This document shows positions 41,474 to 53,175 of a stretch of 64,000 bases of DNA, one piece after another; positions within the stretch are counted from its first letter, which is position 1, and each line of letters opens with the position of its first letter. The stretch covers positions 736,001 to 800,000 of the forward strand of contig OZ251997.1 of NCBI GenBank assembly GCA_965247095.1, read 5' to 3'. This DNA comes from Candidatus Multivorans sp. GTDB lineage: Bacteria; Acidobacteriota; Thermoanaerobaculia; Multivoradales; Multivoraceae. The position numbers and the translations under genes are program-made. The notes beneath the pieces were generated by a model that was given only the letters and a program-made list of their open reading frames with translations, was not told the DNA's origin and did not search any database.

Positions 41474-42628
41474 TCAGGCCACGAGCGGACAGCTCGGGTC
41501 GAATTCCCGGTCGAGGGCGGCCAGGTCGACGATTGCCTCTCTGAGCACCTCGGGGGGCGTTGCGCCCTGCTCGATGCGGCGCAGCCACTGCATCGCCGGG
41601 TTGCCCTGTTCGAGGATCTCCTCGATCGGGCCGAGAAGGGCGCCGAAGCCGTGGCGGTGGGCGGTCTCGCGGGCGCTTTCCAGCATTGATGCGGCCCACT
41701 CCCGGAACGTGATGGTGCTGCCGTCGACCCAGTTTGTGCCCTCCGCTTCGAGGCTCGCGGTGCCCGCGGCGCGTTCGTTGGCGGCGGCGAGCTCTTCCAG
41801 CTCGCGCGACGATCGTCCGCGCAGGGGATCGAGTTCCGGCCGCTCCAGGACCTGCCACACCCGTGCCTCGTAGAGAGCGGTGACTGCCTGCAGGATGTCC
41901 GGATCGCTGATCCGGTCGCAGATCCTGAGCTCCAGGCGATCCAGAACCCTGGGCGTAGCGGGTCCGTTCGGCCGGATGCCGAGCCAGAGGTGACGTCGAT
42001 TCTGCATCGTGCCGATCTCGAGCTGTTCGTTCATCCAGGTGGCGAACGAGGAAGCGTCGGGGAAGAAGGGAACCCGCTCGGGGGTCAGGGGGAAGCGCAG
42101 CCAGCGCGCCGAGTGCTGCCCGGTCGTCTCGCCGGCCCGAAAGGGTGACGCGGCGGTCAGGGCGAGGAACACCGAGGCCTCGAGCCGCAGGACCCGGTAG
42201 GCGCGCAGCAGCTCCTCCGGGTCCTCTATCCCTAGGTTGATGTGCGTCGAAGCGGTGACGACGCGGGTGCCGTAGGTGTCGCGGATGTAGCGGTAGTACG
42301 GGTTCTCGGGATCCGAAATGTAGAACGAGTCGAGATCGGCGAGGGCCAGCGCGCCTCCCGGCACCAGGGTGCAGCCATGCTTCGCCTCCAGGTAGCGCCG
42401 GAGTGCGCACCGCTTCGCCATCAGGCGGTCGGTGAGGACCTGGTAGTTCCGGTACGGAGCGGTCGTGAACTCGACGTTGCGGCCGTCCGGCTCCGTTGTG
42501 TAGCCGTCCAGGGCGGCACTTACGTGCGGTGAGAGCGGCAGCACGTGGCCGTCGCGGGTGCCGGTGTAGACCTCCTCCTCGAGGCCCTTCAGCAACTGAC
42601 GATGCAACGGATGGTGGTCGGCGGTCAT
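41474..42628 (-). CDS. gshA: Glutamate--cysteine ligase, cyanobacterial-type
   Basis: LLKGLEEEVYTG, EPD.RNVE, YG..VVTAS.HIN.G, LAL.A.SPF, N.RHLW...RPNG, RLELRICD. Confidence 0.82.
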   Translation of the reverse strand: MTADHHPLHRQLLKGLEEEVYTGTRDGHVLPLSPHVSAALDGYTTEPDGRNVEFTTAPYRNYQVLTDRLMAKRCALRRYLEAKHGCTLVPGGALALADLDSFYISDPENPYYRYIRDTYGTRVVTASTHINLGIEDPEELLRAYRVLRLEASVFLALTAASPFRAGETTGQHSARWLRFPLTPERVPFFPDASSFATWMNEQLEIGTMQNRRHLWLGIRPNGPATPRVLDRLELRICDRISDPDILQAVTALYEARVWQVLERPELDPLRGRSSRELEELAAANERAAGTASLEAEGTNWVDGSTITFREWAASMLESARETAHRHGFGALLGPIEEILEQGNPAMQWLRRIEQGATPPEVLREAIVDLAALDREFDPSCPLVA

Positions 42629-42897
42629 GGGGAACTCAGGCGCAGCACGGGCAGCTGCCAATCCGTGAAGCGCTGAGCGACGGAGATGCCGCGGCGCCGG
42701 TTGAGGCGCGACTCTAGCAATTTCGGCGAGGCGCTATCGCCGTTGCTGCGATCGCCCTCATGGAGATACGGGGCAGGACGTGCGTCGGCGCCAGGGGCGT
42801 CGTGGTCGCCGACCGCGACGGCGAGGGCGCCGGAGCGGTGGCGAGTGAGATCGGTGAAGGCGCGATCGAGCAGGAGCGCTTCCTCATCCTCCCGCAC
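42625..42897 (-). CDS. Hypothetical protein
   Basis: Stop overlaps the gshA start (ATGA); no recognisable motif. Confidence 0.25.
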   Translation of the reverse strand: MREDEEALLLDRAFTDLTRHRSGALAVAVGDHDAPGADARPAPYLHEGDRSNGDSASPKLLESRLNRRRGISVAQRFTDWQLPVLRLSSP

Positions 42898-42972
42898 CCG
42901 GTATGAGGCGTTTCCGGGAGCGATTCGTCGCCGGATCGTAGGGCCGTCCGCGAGCGCCCCGACAGGAGGCTG

Positions 42973-43371
42973 CTACTGCTCTTCCGCGCCGCCGAGGACG
43001 CGAGCGCCCAGGTGGGCGCTGGGCAGGAAGAGGAGGATGCCGACGACCCAGAACCAGAGCGGGGACGGGATCGTGGCCATGTTGTAGATCCCGGCGATGA
43101 GAAAGAAGGCGCCGACGATGAGGGCCAACCGCCGCTTCGCCTGCCGCGCGATGCGCGCCGCCGTTCCGCCGCCGATAAACGCGCCCGCGGCCCAGGCGGT
43201 GAGGACGAAGGCCATGTTCACGGCCGGGATGTCGCCCGGTTCGATCAACGCCCGGTCGGTCGGCACCCCTTCGGGCACCGGAAGCAGGGTGATCGCCGCG
43301 ATCTGAACCATGCTGATCACGATGCCGCCGACGATCAGGCCGGCGGGAACGGCGAGGACGGTTCTCAGCAT
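42973..43371 (-). CDS. Hypothetical 4-TM membrane protein
   Basis: AAGGAG RBS, four hydrophobic segments, P.P.WF motif. Confidence 0.75.
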   Translation of the reverse strand: MLRTVLAVPAGLIVGGIVISMVQIAAITLLPVPEGVPTDRALIEPGDIPAVNMAFVLTAWAAGAFIGGGTAARIARQAKRRLALIVGAFFLIAGIYNMATIPSPLWFWVVGILLFLPSAHLGARVLGGAEEQ

Positions 43372-43488
43372 GTCTTTCGTTGCTCCTTAGCCCGTGAGGG
43401 CCTCCGGCGAGCGGCTGAATTCCGTGACGCTCGGGCGAGCGAGAACTATACTGCCCGGCTCACAACTGAAGTCCAAGGAGTCTTGCCG

Positions 43489-44412
43489 ATGAAGATCGCT
43501 GTTGAGTTCCCGAGTGTGGTCTACCGGGAGGGGCCGGAGGCCGTTGCCCGTCTCGCCGGCGCGATGGACGAGATCGGTTTCGATCAACTGGACATCTTCG
43601 ACCACGTGGTCATGGGCCACGACACCGAGGGTCGGGAGAAGAACCGCTACCCGGCCAAGATGCCGATCATGGAGGCGTTCGCCACCCTCGGGTACATGGC
43701 GGCCTGCACTACCCGGATCGGGCTCGGCACCGAGGTGCTGGTGCTGCCGCAGCGCGACCCGGTCTTGACCGCGAAGCAGGCGTCGACCCTGGACACGCTC
43801 TCCGGCGGCCGCCTCCGTCTGGGTCTCGGGATCGGTTGGCAGGAATCGGAGTACGACGCGATGGGGCAGGACTTCCACAACCGCGGGCGGCGCATGGACG
43901 AGGCGATCGCCGTGCTCCGCGCCTGCTGGGGTCAGGACCCGATCGATTTCGAGGGTGAGTTCTATTGCGTGGAGGCGATGGCGATGGAGCCGAAGCCGCC
44001 GCGCGGGGCGGATCTGCCGATCTGGATCGGCGGCCACAGCGAAGCGGCTTTCCGCCGCGCGGGCCGGTTCGGCGACGGCTGGATGGGTGTCGCCTCGGAG
44101 GAGCTGTTCGAGACCGGAGATCAGGCGATCGCCTCGGTCCGTGACCACGCGGAGAAGGCGGGTCGCGATCCAGAGGCGCTCGGGTTCCAGGCCCAGGTCT
44201 CGCCACCGCCGCGACCGGGGAACGAGGGCGACCGCACCTTCTATACCGAGCCGGACCGCGTCACAGCGGCGGCCGCGAAGCTGGGCGAGTTGGGGTTCGG
44301 CGGCGTGGCTCTCAACCTGACCGGTCTCTTCCTGGCCGGGGCCCGCAGCGTCGATGCGATGATCGACGGCGCGGGCGCCCTGCACGACAAGCTACGGGCC
44401 GAGCTGGGTTAG
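43489..44412 (+). CDS. LLM-class (luciferase-like, probably F420-dependent) oxidoreductase
   Basis: DHVV, T.RI.LGT.VLVLPQR.P...AKQ..TLD.LSGGR..LG.G.GW, PIWIGG; AAGGAG RBS. Confidence 0.9.
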   Translation: MKIAVEFPSVVYREGPEAVARLAGAMDEIGFDQLDIFDHVVMGHDTEGREKNRYPAKMPIMEAFATLGYMAACTTRIGLGTEVLVLPQRDPVLTAKQASTLDTLSGGRLRLGLGIGWQESEYDAMGQDFHNRGRRMDEAIAVLRACWGQDPIDFEGEFYCVEAMAMEPKPPRGADLPIWIGGHSEAAFRRAGRFGDGWMGVASEELFETGDQAIASVRDHAEKAGRDPEALGFQAQVSPPPRPGNEGDRTFYTEPDRVTAAAAKLGELGFGGVALNLTGLFLAGARSVDAMIDGAGALHDKLRAELG

Positions 44413-44429
44413 CCCGACCCGGTCCGCCC

Positions 44430-45020
44430 TCACTCCGAAGCCGACGACTCGGCCTCGGCCTGGTTGCGGCGCCACTGCCGGTAGGCGCCGATCATCAGCC
44501 AGGCGCCGGCTGCGAGCAGGCCCAGGGGCCAGAACTCCCACACGCGGCCGATGTCGTAGCCGAACGTGTGGTCGAGCAGCGCCAGGAAGCCGATGACGAA
44601 CAGGCCGGCGCCGGCCATGAGGCCGAGCTGCCCGTTGGCGGGCGGCTTCGGCGCGTCCTGCAGGCCGAGGTCGGTGCCGTGGCCGAGTTCGATCAGGGTG
44701 GCCTGCCGGTAGGCGTCGATGATGTTGAAGAGCCATACGAAGGCCACCACCATGCCCATCACCCCCTCCTCGGTGGCGAGGTAGATGGAACCGACCGCGA
44801 GCAGGAAGAGCACGATGCCGCGCTGGTAGAGGCCGTTGTAGATGTGGCCAAGCCCGGGGAAGAGGGCGAGGATCACGCTCACGACGTGGCGGGCGGTGAG
44901 GCCTCCCTGGGCGGGCGCCGCCGGCGGCGGTGGCGGCGGAGGGGCCGGTGCCGGGGCCGGCTCGTGGGCGGCAGTGGTGTCCTCGGTCTGCGACGGATCC
45001 TGTTCGTGTTCGGTGTTCAT
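44430..45020 (-). CDS. Membrane protein (LiaF/DUF5668-like) in an ECF operon
   Basis: PGLGH.YNG...RG, I.DAY..A, FWP motifs; GAGAGGAG RBS. Confidence 0.7.
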   Translation of the reverse strand: MNTEHEQDPSQTEDTTAAHEPAPAPAPPPPPPPAAPAQGGLTARHVVSVILALFPGLGHIYNGLYQRGIVLFLLAVGSIYLATEEGVMGMVVAFVWLFNIIDAYRQATLIELGHGTDLGLQDAPKPPANGQLGLMAGAGLFVIGFLALLDHTFGYDIGRVWEFWPLGLLAAGAWLMIGAYRQWRRNQAEAESSASE

Positions 45021-45715
45021 GCGGAACTCCTCTCCTGGTGGGTCTGCGAGCGGTTTCGAGTCGTTGGCGGTGGTTTGCCGTCACTGCCGGAATCGCTGAG
45101 CGGCCACAGGCCGGCCAGCTCACGGAAGGTCTCGGACGACGAGTCGACGGCGCCCTGGAACCAGGTTCTGACGCGGTCGGTGGGCAGATTCAGCGGCTCG
45201 GCGAAGAACCCGGCCGGGCGCCAGAGTCCCTGGAGGGCGCCGAGGCGCCGGCTCACCCCCGCCTGCACCGATGCGCCGACTTCCGCCGCCGGTTCGAGGA
45301 GATGCTCACCGGCCGTTGCGCCCAGGTTCGTCGCGGCCCTGCGGCCGGCGGCGACCGGGTCGCCGAGGACGAGGGTCAGGGCGACCGCGAGCAGGTAGCT
45401 GGCGGCGAGAGCTATGCCGGTTCCGGGCCGGGCGGTGAGGATCGCGTGTCGGCGAGCCGGGCTGCGCGCGGGGATCTCGCGCAACCGCTGCATCAGGGCC
45501 GGTGACGGTTCGAGTTCGGACCACACCAGCGATTCCAGCTCTACGGCGCGCGCCTCGCCGTCGCGGTCGTAGGTAGCGCCGACGGCGATCTCGAGCAGTC
45601 CGGCGCGGAGTTCGTCGGACATCGGGAGGTCGGCGCCGAGTTCGCCGATGCCTGGCGTCCGCTCCGGGCTCGCCGTTCCCGGGCGGGTATCCGTGTGCTG
45701 GTGCTCGCGGCTCAC
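45017..45715 (-). CDS. Putative anti-sigma factor (single TM)
   Basis: GTG start overlaps the sigma stop; EPSP.L..RL then a TM segment; function inferred from position. Confidence 0.5.
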   Translation of the reverse strand: MSREHQHTDTRPGTASPERTPGIGELGADLPMSDELRAGLLEIAVGATYDRDGEARAVELESLVWSELEPSPALMQRLREIPARSPARRHAILTARPGTGIALAASYLLAVALTLVLGDPVAAGRRAATNLGATAGEHLLEPAAEVGASVQAGVSRRLGALQGLWRPAGFFAEPLNLPTDRVRTWFQGAVDSSSETFRELAGLWPLSDSGSDGKPPPTTRNRSQTHQERSSA

Positions 45716-46329
45716 CTGTAGACCCCGTTGCGCTTCGGTGTGCGATCGCCCAGCGCGTGGCGCCGGTCGTCGATGCGTCGCATGAGCTCCAGGCGGGCGC
45801 GCCTCAGGCGGGACTTCATCGTTCCCTCGGGCAGGTCGAGGAAGGCGCAGATGTCGGCGTAGCTCAAGCCCTGCAGATCCCGCAGCATGAGGATCTCGGC
45901 GAACGCCTCCGGCATCTCCTCGAGCGTCTGGTAGACCATGCGCAGCCGCTCGCGACGTTCGGCGCGGGCCGCCGTGTCCATGCCGCCGGCCTGGCGCTTC
46001 AACAGCTCCTCCGAGACGACCACGGTCCGCCGCTCGGTGCGGGTCCGGCGGTAGTGGTCCACGCACAGGTTGCGGGACAGCCGGAGCGTCCAGCCGGCGA
46101 GCGGCACGTCGCCCCGGTAACGGCCGAGTTTGCGGTAGAGCTTCAGGAAGATCTCCTGGGTCAGATCCTCGGCTTCGGCGGTGTTGCCGGCGAACTGGAA
46201 GGCGATGTTGTAGATGCGGCGGCCGTAACGGTCGATCAGTTCGGTCCAGGCGTCGGCGTGCCCGGCGGCGGCGCGCCTCGCCAGGAACAGGTCGGGATTC
46301 GGGCTTGAAGTTTGTCGCGGAGTCGTCAT
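45712..46329 (-). CDS. ECF RNA polymerase sigma factor
   Basis: [29 protein letters not shown]...L....GT.KSRL.RAR. Confidence 0.92.
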   Translation of the reverse strand: MTTPRQTSSPNPDLFLARRAAAGHADAWTELIDRYGRRIYNIAFQFAGNTAEAEDLTQEIFLKLYRKLGRYRGDVPLAGWTLRLSRNLCVDHYRRTRTERRTVVVSEELLKRQAGGMDTAARAERRERLRMVYQTLEEMPEAFAEILMLRDLQGLSYADICAFLDLPEGTMKSRLRRARLELMRRIDDRRHALGDRTPKRNGVYR

Positions 46330-46455
46330 TGGGGTCTGATCAGGAAGACGTGCGCCGGGCCGGATAAGTTCCGGATCGCGCCACGCGGGTCGCGTCACTC
46401 CGGATGCTGCATAATCCCGGTCCGCCGGGCGCCGGGCGCCTTTGGAGGAACCGCC

Positions 46456-48111
46456 ATGCCGGAACGACGACGCATCCTGGTCACCAGCGGCCTGCCCTAC
46501 GCCAACGGTCCGATCCACCTGGGCCACCTGGTGGAGGCTGTCCAGACGGACATCTGGTGCCGGGTGCAACGGATGCGCGGTCACGAGTGCTACTACGTAT
46601 GCGCCGAGGACGCGCACGGCACTCCGATCATGCTACGCGCCGAGCGGGAGGGAATCACGCCGGAGGAACTGATCGTCCGGCTGGCGGCCGAGCACCTGGA
46701 GGACTACAGAGCGTTCCAGGTCCACTTCGACAATTTCTACACCACCCACTCTCCGGAGAACCGGGAACTGGTGGAGGGCATCTACGGCCGTTTGCGCGAC
46801 CGGGGTTCCATCGACTGCCGGACGGTGCGGCAGTTCTACGACCCCGAACGGGAGATGTTCCTGCCGGACCGCTTCATCAAGGGCACCTGTCCGCGGTGCG
46901 GGGCGAAGGACCAGAACGGCGACAGTTGCGACGAGTGCGGCTCGACCTACACACCGGCGGACCTGATCGACCCGCGTTCGATCGTCACGGGCGCGCTGCC
47001 GGTCGAGCGGGAGTCGGAGCACTTCTTCCTCCGCCTCTCCGACTACCGGGAACTGCTCGAGGAGTGGGTAGGGGACGGCCGCCTGCAGAGCGAGGTCGTC
47101 AACAAGCTCCGCGAGTGGTTCGACGACGGGCTGCGGGACTGGGACATCTCGCGCGACGCGCCGTACTTCGGATTCGAGATCCCGGACGCGCCGAACAAGT
47201 ACTTCTACGTCTGGGTCGACGCGCCGATCGGGTACATGGCGAGCTTCCGCCAGTTTTGCGACCGCCAGGGCCTCGTCTTCGACGACTTCTGGGGTCCGGA
47301 CAGCGACGCCGAGCTGTACCACTTCATCGGCAAGGACATCCTCTACTTCCATTGCCTGTTCTGGCCGGCCATGCTTCACGGCGGCGGCTACCGGACGCCG
47401 TCTTCGGTCTTCGTTCACGGCTTCCTGACCGTCGACGGCGCCAAGATGTCCAAGTCGCGCGGCACCTTCGTGATGGCTCGCACCTACCTGAAGCATCTCG
47501 ATCCGGAGGCGTTCCGCTACTACATCGCCGCGAAGTTCAGCAACGGCCTGACCGACATCGACATCAACCTCGAGGACTTCGTTCTCCGCGTCAACTCCGA
47601 TCTGGTCGGCAAGGTGGTCAACATCGCCAGCCGCTGCGCCGGCTTTCTGCACCGGCAGTTCGACGGCCGGCTGGCGGCGTCGCTGGACGCGCCCGAACTC
47701 GCGGCGGCGGCCGCCTCCCAGGCGGAGGAGATCGCGGGACTCTACGAGGGCCGCGACTACAACCGGGCCCTGCGGCGTGTCATCGCCATGGCGGACCGGG
47801 CGAACCGCTACATCGACGACCGGCGACCCTGGGAACTGGCGCGCGATCCGGAGCGCGCCGCCGAGGTCCAGGCGGTGTGCACCACGGGCATCGAGTTGTT
47901 CCGTCAGTTGATCGTCTATCTCAAGCCCGTCGTGCCGACGATCGCGGCCCGGGCGGAGAGCTTTCTGGGCGTCGATCCGTTGGTCTGGGACGACGTCCAC
48001 ACGCCCTTGGTGGACCACGAGATCCTGCCCTTCAAGCCCCTGATCACCCGGGTGCAGTCGGAGCAGGTGGCCGCGATGATCGCCGCCTCGGGTGAGGGCG
48101 ACGCCGGGTGA
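46456..48111 (+). CDS. metG: Methionine--tRNA ligase (no C-terminal tRNA-binding domain)
   Basis: [18 protein letters not shown] Zn knuckle, [16 protein letters not shown]. Confidence 0.96.
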   Translation: MPERRRILVTSGLPYANGPIHLGHLVEAVQTDIWCRVQRMRGHECYYVCAEDAHGTPIMLRAEREGITPEELIVRLAAEHLEDYRAFQVHFDNFYTTHSPENRELVEGIYGRLRDRGSIDCRTVRQFYDPEREMFLPDRFIKGTCPRCGAKDQNGDSCDECGSTYTPADLIDPRSIVTGALPVERESEHFFLRLSDYRELLEEWVGDGRLQSEVVNKLREWFDDGLRDWDISRDAPYFGFEIPDAPNKYFYVWVDAPIGYMASFRQFCDRQGLVFDDFWGPDSDAELYHFIGKDILYFHCLFWPAMLHGGGYRTPSSVFVHGFLTVDGAKMSKSRGTFVMARTYLKHLDPEAFRYYIAAKFSNGLTDIDINLEDFVLRVNSDLVGKVVNIASRCAGFLHRQFDGRLAASLDAPELAAAAASQAEEIAGLYEGRDYNRALRRVIAMADRANRYIDDRRPWELARDPERAAEVQAVCTTGIELFRQLIVYLKPVVPTIAARAESFLGVDPLVWDDVHTPLVDHEILPFKPLITRVQSEQVAAMIAASGEGDAG

Positions 48112-48115
48112 GGGC

Positions 48116-49389
<1,274 letters not shown>

Positions 49390-49393
<4 letters not shown>

Positions 49394-50361
49394 AACTGCT
49401 GGTGACCCGACCGATACCGGAGCAGGCGGTGGCGCGGTTGCGCGCCGAACCGGGGGTGGAGACCACCGTGCTCGAAGAGGACACAGCACTGGACCGCGAG
49501 GTGCTGCTTGAAGCGGCCGCGGGCGCGGACGTGATCCTGGCCCTGCTCACCGAGCGCATGGACGCGGAACTCTTCGATCGGTCGCCCAATCTGGGCATGG
49601 TGGCGAACATGGCGGTCGGCTTCGACAACGTCGACATCGACGCGGCGGCAGCGCGCGGAATCTGGGTCACGAACACGCCGGGAGTGCTCGACGGCGCCAC
49701 CGCGGACCTGGCGATGGCGCTGCTGCTGGCGGCCGCACGGCGGCTGCCGGAGGCCGAGCGTTTCCTGCGCGGCGGTCGCTACCGGCGCTGGGGACCGATG
49801 CTCCTGTGCGGCCAGGAGGTCCACGGCCGCACGCTCGGCATCCTCGGTATGGGCCGTATCGGCGAGGCGGTCGCCCGCCGCGCGCAGCTCGGGTTCGGCA
49901 TGGAGATTCTGTACTGGGACGAACGGGGCCGCCCGGACCTGGAGGAGGAACTCGGGGTTCGCAGAATCGATCTCGACACGCTCCTCGGCGCCGCGGACTT
50001 CGTCTCCATCCACCTGCCGCTGACCGAGGGCACGGCCGGGTTGATCGACGCCGAACGGCTCGCGCAGATGAAGCCGACCGCGGTGCTCGTCAACACCGCC
50101 CGCGGGCCGGTCGTCGACGAAGCGGCTCTGGCCGCGGCGCTCCGCTCGGGCGCCATCTGGGCCGCCGGCCTCGACGTGTTCGAACGCGAACCGGAAGTTC
50201 ATCCGGACCTGCTCGAGCTCGACAACGCGGTCCTTCTGCCCCACATCGCGAGCGCCTCGATCCCGACCCGTCTGGCCATGGCCGAACTCGCCGTGGACAA
50301 CGTCCTGGCCCTGCACCGCGGTGGAGAGCCGCCGACGCCGGTCGTCCGCGGGACACGCTAG
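49390..50361 (+). CDS. D-2-hydroxyacid dehydrogenase (glyoxylate/hydroxypyruvate reductase)
   Basis: AVGFDNVD, VTNTPGVL, LGILGMGRIG, VNTARG.VVDE, AGLDVFE.EP, LPHIAS. Confidence 0.92.
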
Positions 50362-50364
50362 GGA

Positions 50365-50979
50365 GTGATTCCACTCGCGGCAGCGCTCGCGGCGCCGGTT
50401 CTCGGAGCGATGTTCTACGGGGCGTTGCATCCCCGGCCGGCCGCCACCCGGTTGGTGGACGGGCTGGTGTACCTGGCGGTACCGCTAGTGGTGGCGTTGC
50501 AGGTGCTGCCGCAGTCGTGGGACGCGCGCGAACTGCTGAACCTCGTGGCGCTTGCGGCGGGCGCCGGCCTGTACTTCGTGCTCGAGCGGGTTTCGAGGGC
50601 GCTTGCCGCCCACGCGGACAACGCGGCGATCCTGGTTGCCGTTTCGGGCCTGGTGCTGCATGCGTTCCTCGAGGGTGCGGCCCTGGCCCCCGGGAAGGAT
50701 TCGGACGCCTTCTTCGTCTATGCCGTCGTCCTGCATCGCTTGCCGATCGGACTCGTGATCTGGTGGTTGATCCGGCCGCGGCACGGAAGGACGGCCGCGT
50801 CCATCGGCATCGGGGTCGTTGTCGTCGCGACCCTGGCCGGGGCGATTGGCGGAGGAGTCGTTTCGTTCACTGGAGACGGCAGCCTGGACCTGTACCAGGC
50901 CTTCGTCGCCGGCTCGCTACTGCACGTCGTCTTCCACCAGGGGCGCAGCGATCACCGGCATCACGATCACGGCATCTAG
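50365..50979 (+). CDS. ZIP-like metal transporter / His-rich membrane protein
   Basis: HAFLEG and LHRLP TM motifs, GSLLHV..H, terminal HRHHDH. Confidence 0.55.
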   Translation: MIPLAAALAAPVLGAMFYGALHPRPAATRLVDGLVYLAVPLVVALQVLPQSWDARELLNLVALAAGAGLYFVLERVSRALAAHADNAAILVAVSGLVLHAFLEGAALAPGKDSDAFFVYAVVLHRLPIGLVIWWLIRPRHGRTAASIGIGVVVVATLAGAIGGGVVSFTGDGSLDLYQAFVAGSLLHVVFHQGRSDHRHHDHGI

Positions 50980-50982
50980 CTC

Positions 50983-51663
50983 CTAGCCGCTGACGCGGAA
51001 CGAGCGGGCGACGCGGAAGCCGGTGTCGTCGGCCGCGAAGCCGGTGTCGTCGGCCGCGAAGTCGGCGGATTCGCGCTTCCGGAGGCGGTAGTGGAGTTCG
51101 CACGCCTCGGTACGGAACGAGCCGCCGCAGAGCGTTCGGCGGCGTTCGTCGCCGTCCGCGCCGGAGGCGACCCATTCCCACACGCTGCCCAACATGCCGT
51201 GGAGACCGAAGCCGTTCGCGCCCCTGCGTTCGGGCGGTTGGACAACCCCGTCCGAGTTGCCGGCGTGCCAGCAACGTCGGTCGATCGATTCCGGCGTGGC
51301 GTTCCATGGGGGAACCTCGTCGGCCGCGGAACCGCCGCGGCAGGCATAGCGCCACTCGACTTCGGTCGGCAGCCGCATGGGTTTGCGCGAGACCTCCGCG
51401 TACCACAGGCAGTAGGCGTCGGCCTGCCGCCAGCTCACTCCCGCGGCGAGGTCGCGATCGCCCGCTGACAGCGGTGATCGCTGGTAGCCGGGATCGAAGG
51501 CCTCGAACTGCTCGTTCGTCACCGGCCACTTGCTGAGGTAGAAGGGGTCGACCGCAACCACCCGGCCGCCCACCCGGATCTCGCCACCCGGGATCAACCA
51601 CAGGATGGTGCGCGGAACGTGGGCGTAGGAGCGGGGCAGCGGTCGGCGCGCGGTGCTGGCCAC
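50983..51663 (-). CDS. Formylglycine-generating enzyme-like (SUMF1/NirV) domain protein
   Basis: PVTNEQF, VSW..A..YC.W, RLPTE.EW.YA, N.FGL..M.G.VWEW, GGSF, GFRVA. Confidence 0.88.
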   Translation of the reverse strand: MASTARRPLPRSYAHVPRTILWLIPGGEIRVGGRVVAVDPFYLSKWPVTNEQFEAFDPGYQRSPLSAGDRDLAAGVSWRQADAYCLWYAEVSRKPMRLPTEVEWRYACRGGSAADEVPPWNATPESIDRRCWHAGNSDGVVQPPERRGANGFGLHGMLGSVWEWVASGADGDERRRTLCGGSFRTEACELHYRLRKRESADFAADDTGFAADDTGFRVARSFRVSG

Positions 51664-51783
51664 GGGCTAGGAGGCTGCGCCGCACAACGACACAAAGTGA
51701 GTTGTGCGGTGCAGCGTCATAGTGAGGTGGGGGCTAAGGGCCAAACACGGAGTCTGCGACGGGTTTGGCGGCTCTACCGGAAG

Positions 51784-53151
51784 TCAGGAGGGTCGGCCGA
51801 ACACCTTGGGCGTCGGCATCCGGGCGCGGATTGCGTCGAGTTCCTCGACCGTCACGGTCGAAATGCCGCTCTTCAGGCAGTGGGATTCCACCGAGCGGAC
51901 GACCATGCCGCGAACGAAGGCCGGCACCCGCTTCATCCGCGCTTCCGCCTCGGGCGCCCAGGCGATGCTGGTGGAGGTGTTCTCGCCGTAGCGGGAAAGG
52001 GACGCGAGCCCGGTTCGGTCCCCGAACGCCGCGAGTTGTTCTGGCGAGAAGGAACCGGGGTCGTGGGTGCACAGCGGATCTTCCGCCATCAGGTCGCCGG
52101 TCATGCCGTAGGCGCGGGCGCGGCAGCCACCGCAGACCGACTGCAGCTCGCAGGAACCGCAGCGTCCGCCGAGGTCCTTGCGGCGCCGGATGTCCTGGAA
52201 CAGGTCGGAGTCGTTCCAGACCGCGGACAGCGTCGAGCGCTTCAGGTTGCCGCCGAAGACGGGCAGGTAGGGGCACGGCGTGACATCGCCGTTCGGGCGG
52301 ATCCCCATGTAGTGGGTGCCGGCCGGGCAGCCGCCGGCGCCGCCGTCGAAGGCCTTGAGGAAGGGCGAGTCGGGATCGCCGGACAGCAGTTGACGAACGT
52401 AGTGCGGCGCGCACTTCGCGTTGACCACCATGCGGCCGCGGTAGTTGCGCTGAATCTGTTCCAGGGAGGCGAGGACCTCGTCGTAGTCGGACGGCGAGAG
52501 ATCGGACACGAACTGGCCGCGACCCGTGGGCACCAGGAAGTAGAGGTTCCAGACCCGGGCCTGGAGTTCGGTATAGGCGAACTCGGCGATCTCCTCCAGT
52601 TCCCCGAGGTTGTGTGCCCCGGCGGTGGTCTGGATGATGAAGGGAAGACCGGCTGCGGCCAGGTGCCGGGCGCCGTCGACCGTGTTCTGCCAGGCGCCGC
52701 GGACGCGGCGGAAGCCGTCGTGGACCGCCGGGTCCAGCGCGTCCAGCGACAGGGCGAGACCGCGGACTCCTTCGCCGGCCAGGATGCGGGCCAGGTTCTC
52801 GGTGATCCGGACGCCGTTGCTGCCGACCACGACCCACAGATCGCGCTCGGCGGCGTAGCGGACGATGTCGAGGATGTCGCGCCGCAGCAGCGGCTCGCCG
52901 CCTGTGAGGATGACCAGGGCCTCGGGCGCGAACTCGCAGATGTCGTCGATCACCTTCCGGCACTGGTCGGTGGAGAGTTCCGAGCGGTCGGCGAAGTTGG
53001 CGGTCTCGACCAGCGGCTTGCCGCCGGCGTCGAGGTAGCAGTGCTCGCAGGCCAGGTTGCAGCGGTAGGTCAGATTCCAGGAGATCACGTAGGGGCGGGC
53101 GAACGCCGTCGGCGTGGCGCTGGTCGGCCGTTCGAGGGGTGACAGGGTCAT
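51784..53151 (-). CDS. Radical SAM/SPASM enzyme (NirJ/AhbD-like) with C-terminal PCP_red-like domain
   Basis: WNLT..CNLACEHC, TGGEPLLR.D, LVPTGRG, CPAG...G.V.PC...C..C...CGGCRARA...EDPLC; tail W.PEAE.R..RVP.FVR. Confidence 0.88.
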   Translation of the reverse strand: MTLSPLERPTSATPTAFARPYVISWNLTYRCNLACEHCYLDAGGKPLVETANFADRSELSTDQCRKVIDDICEFAPEALVILTGGEPLLRRDILDIVRYAAERDLWVVVGSNGVRITENLARILAGEGVRGLALSLDALDPAVHDGFRRVRGAWQNTVDGARHLAAAGLPFIIQTTAGAHNLGELEEIAEFAYTELQARVWNLYFLVPTGRGQFVSDLSPSDYDEVLASLEQIQRNYRGRMVVNAKCAPHYVRQLLSGDPDSPFLKAFDGGAGGCPAGTHYMGIRPNGDVTPCPYLPVFGGNLKRSTLSAVWNDSDLFQDIRRRKDLGGRCGSCELQSVCGGCRARAYGMTGDLMAEDPLCTHDPGSFSPEQLAAFGDRTGLASLSRYGENTSTSIAWAPEAEARMKRVPAFVRGMVVRSVESHCLKSGISTVTVEELDAIRARMPTPKVFGRPS

Positions 53152-53175
53152 GGCGAGAGCCTGGTGCGAACCCGA

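Noticed and set aside
42625-43371. TAG read-through fusing the membrane protein with the downstream in-frame ORF
   Set aside because: Same frame, but there is no motif continuity or recoding signal; probably chance.
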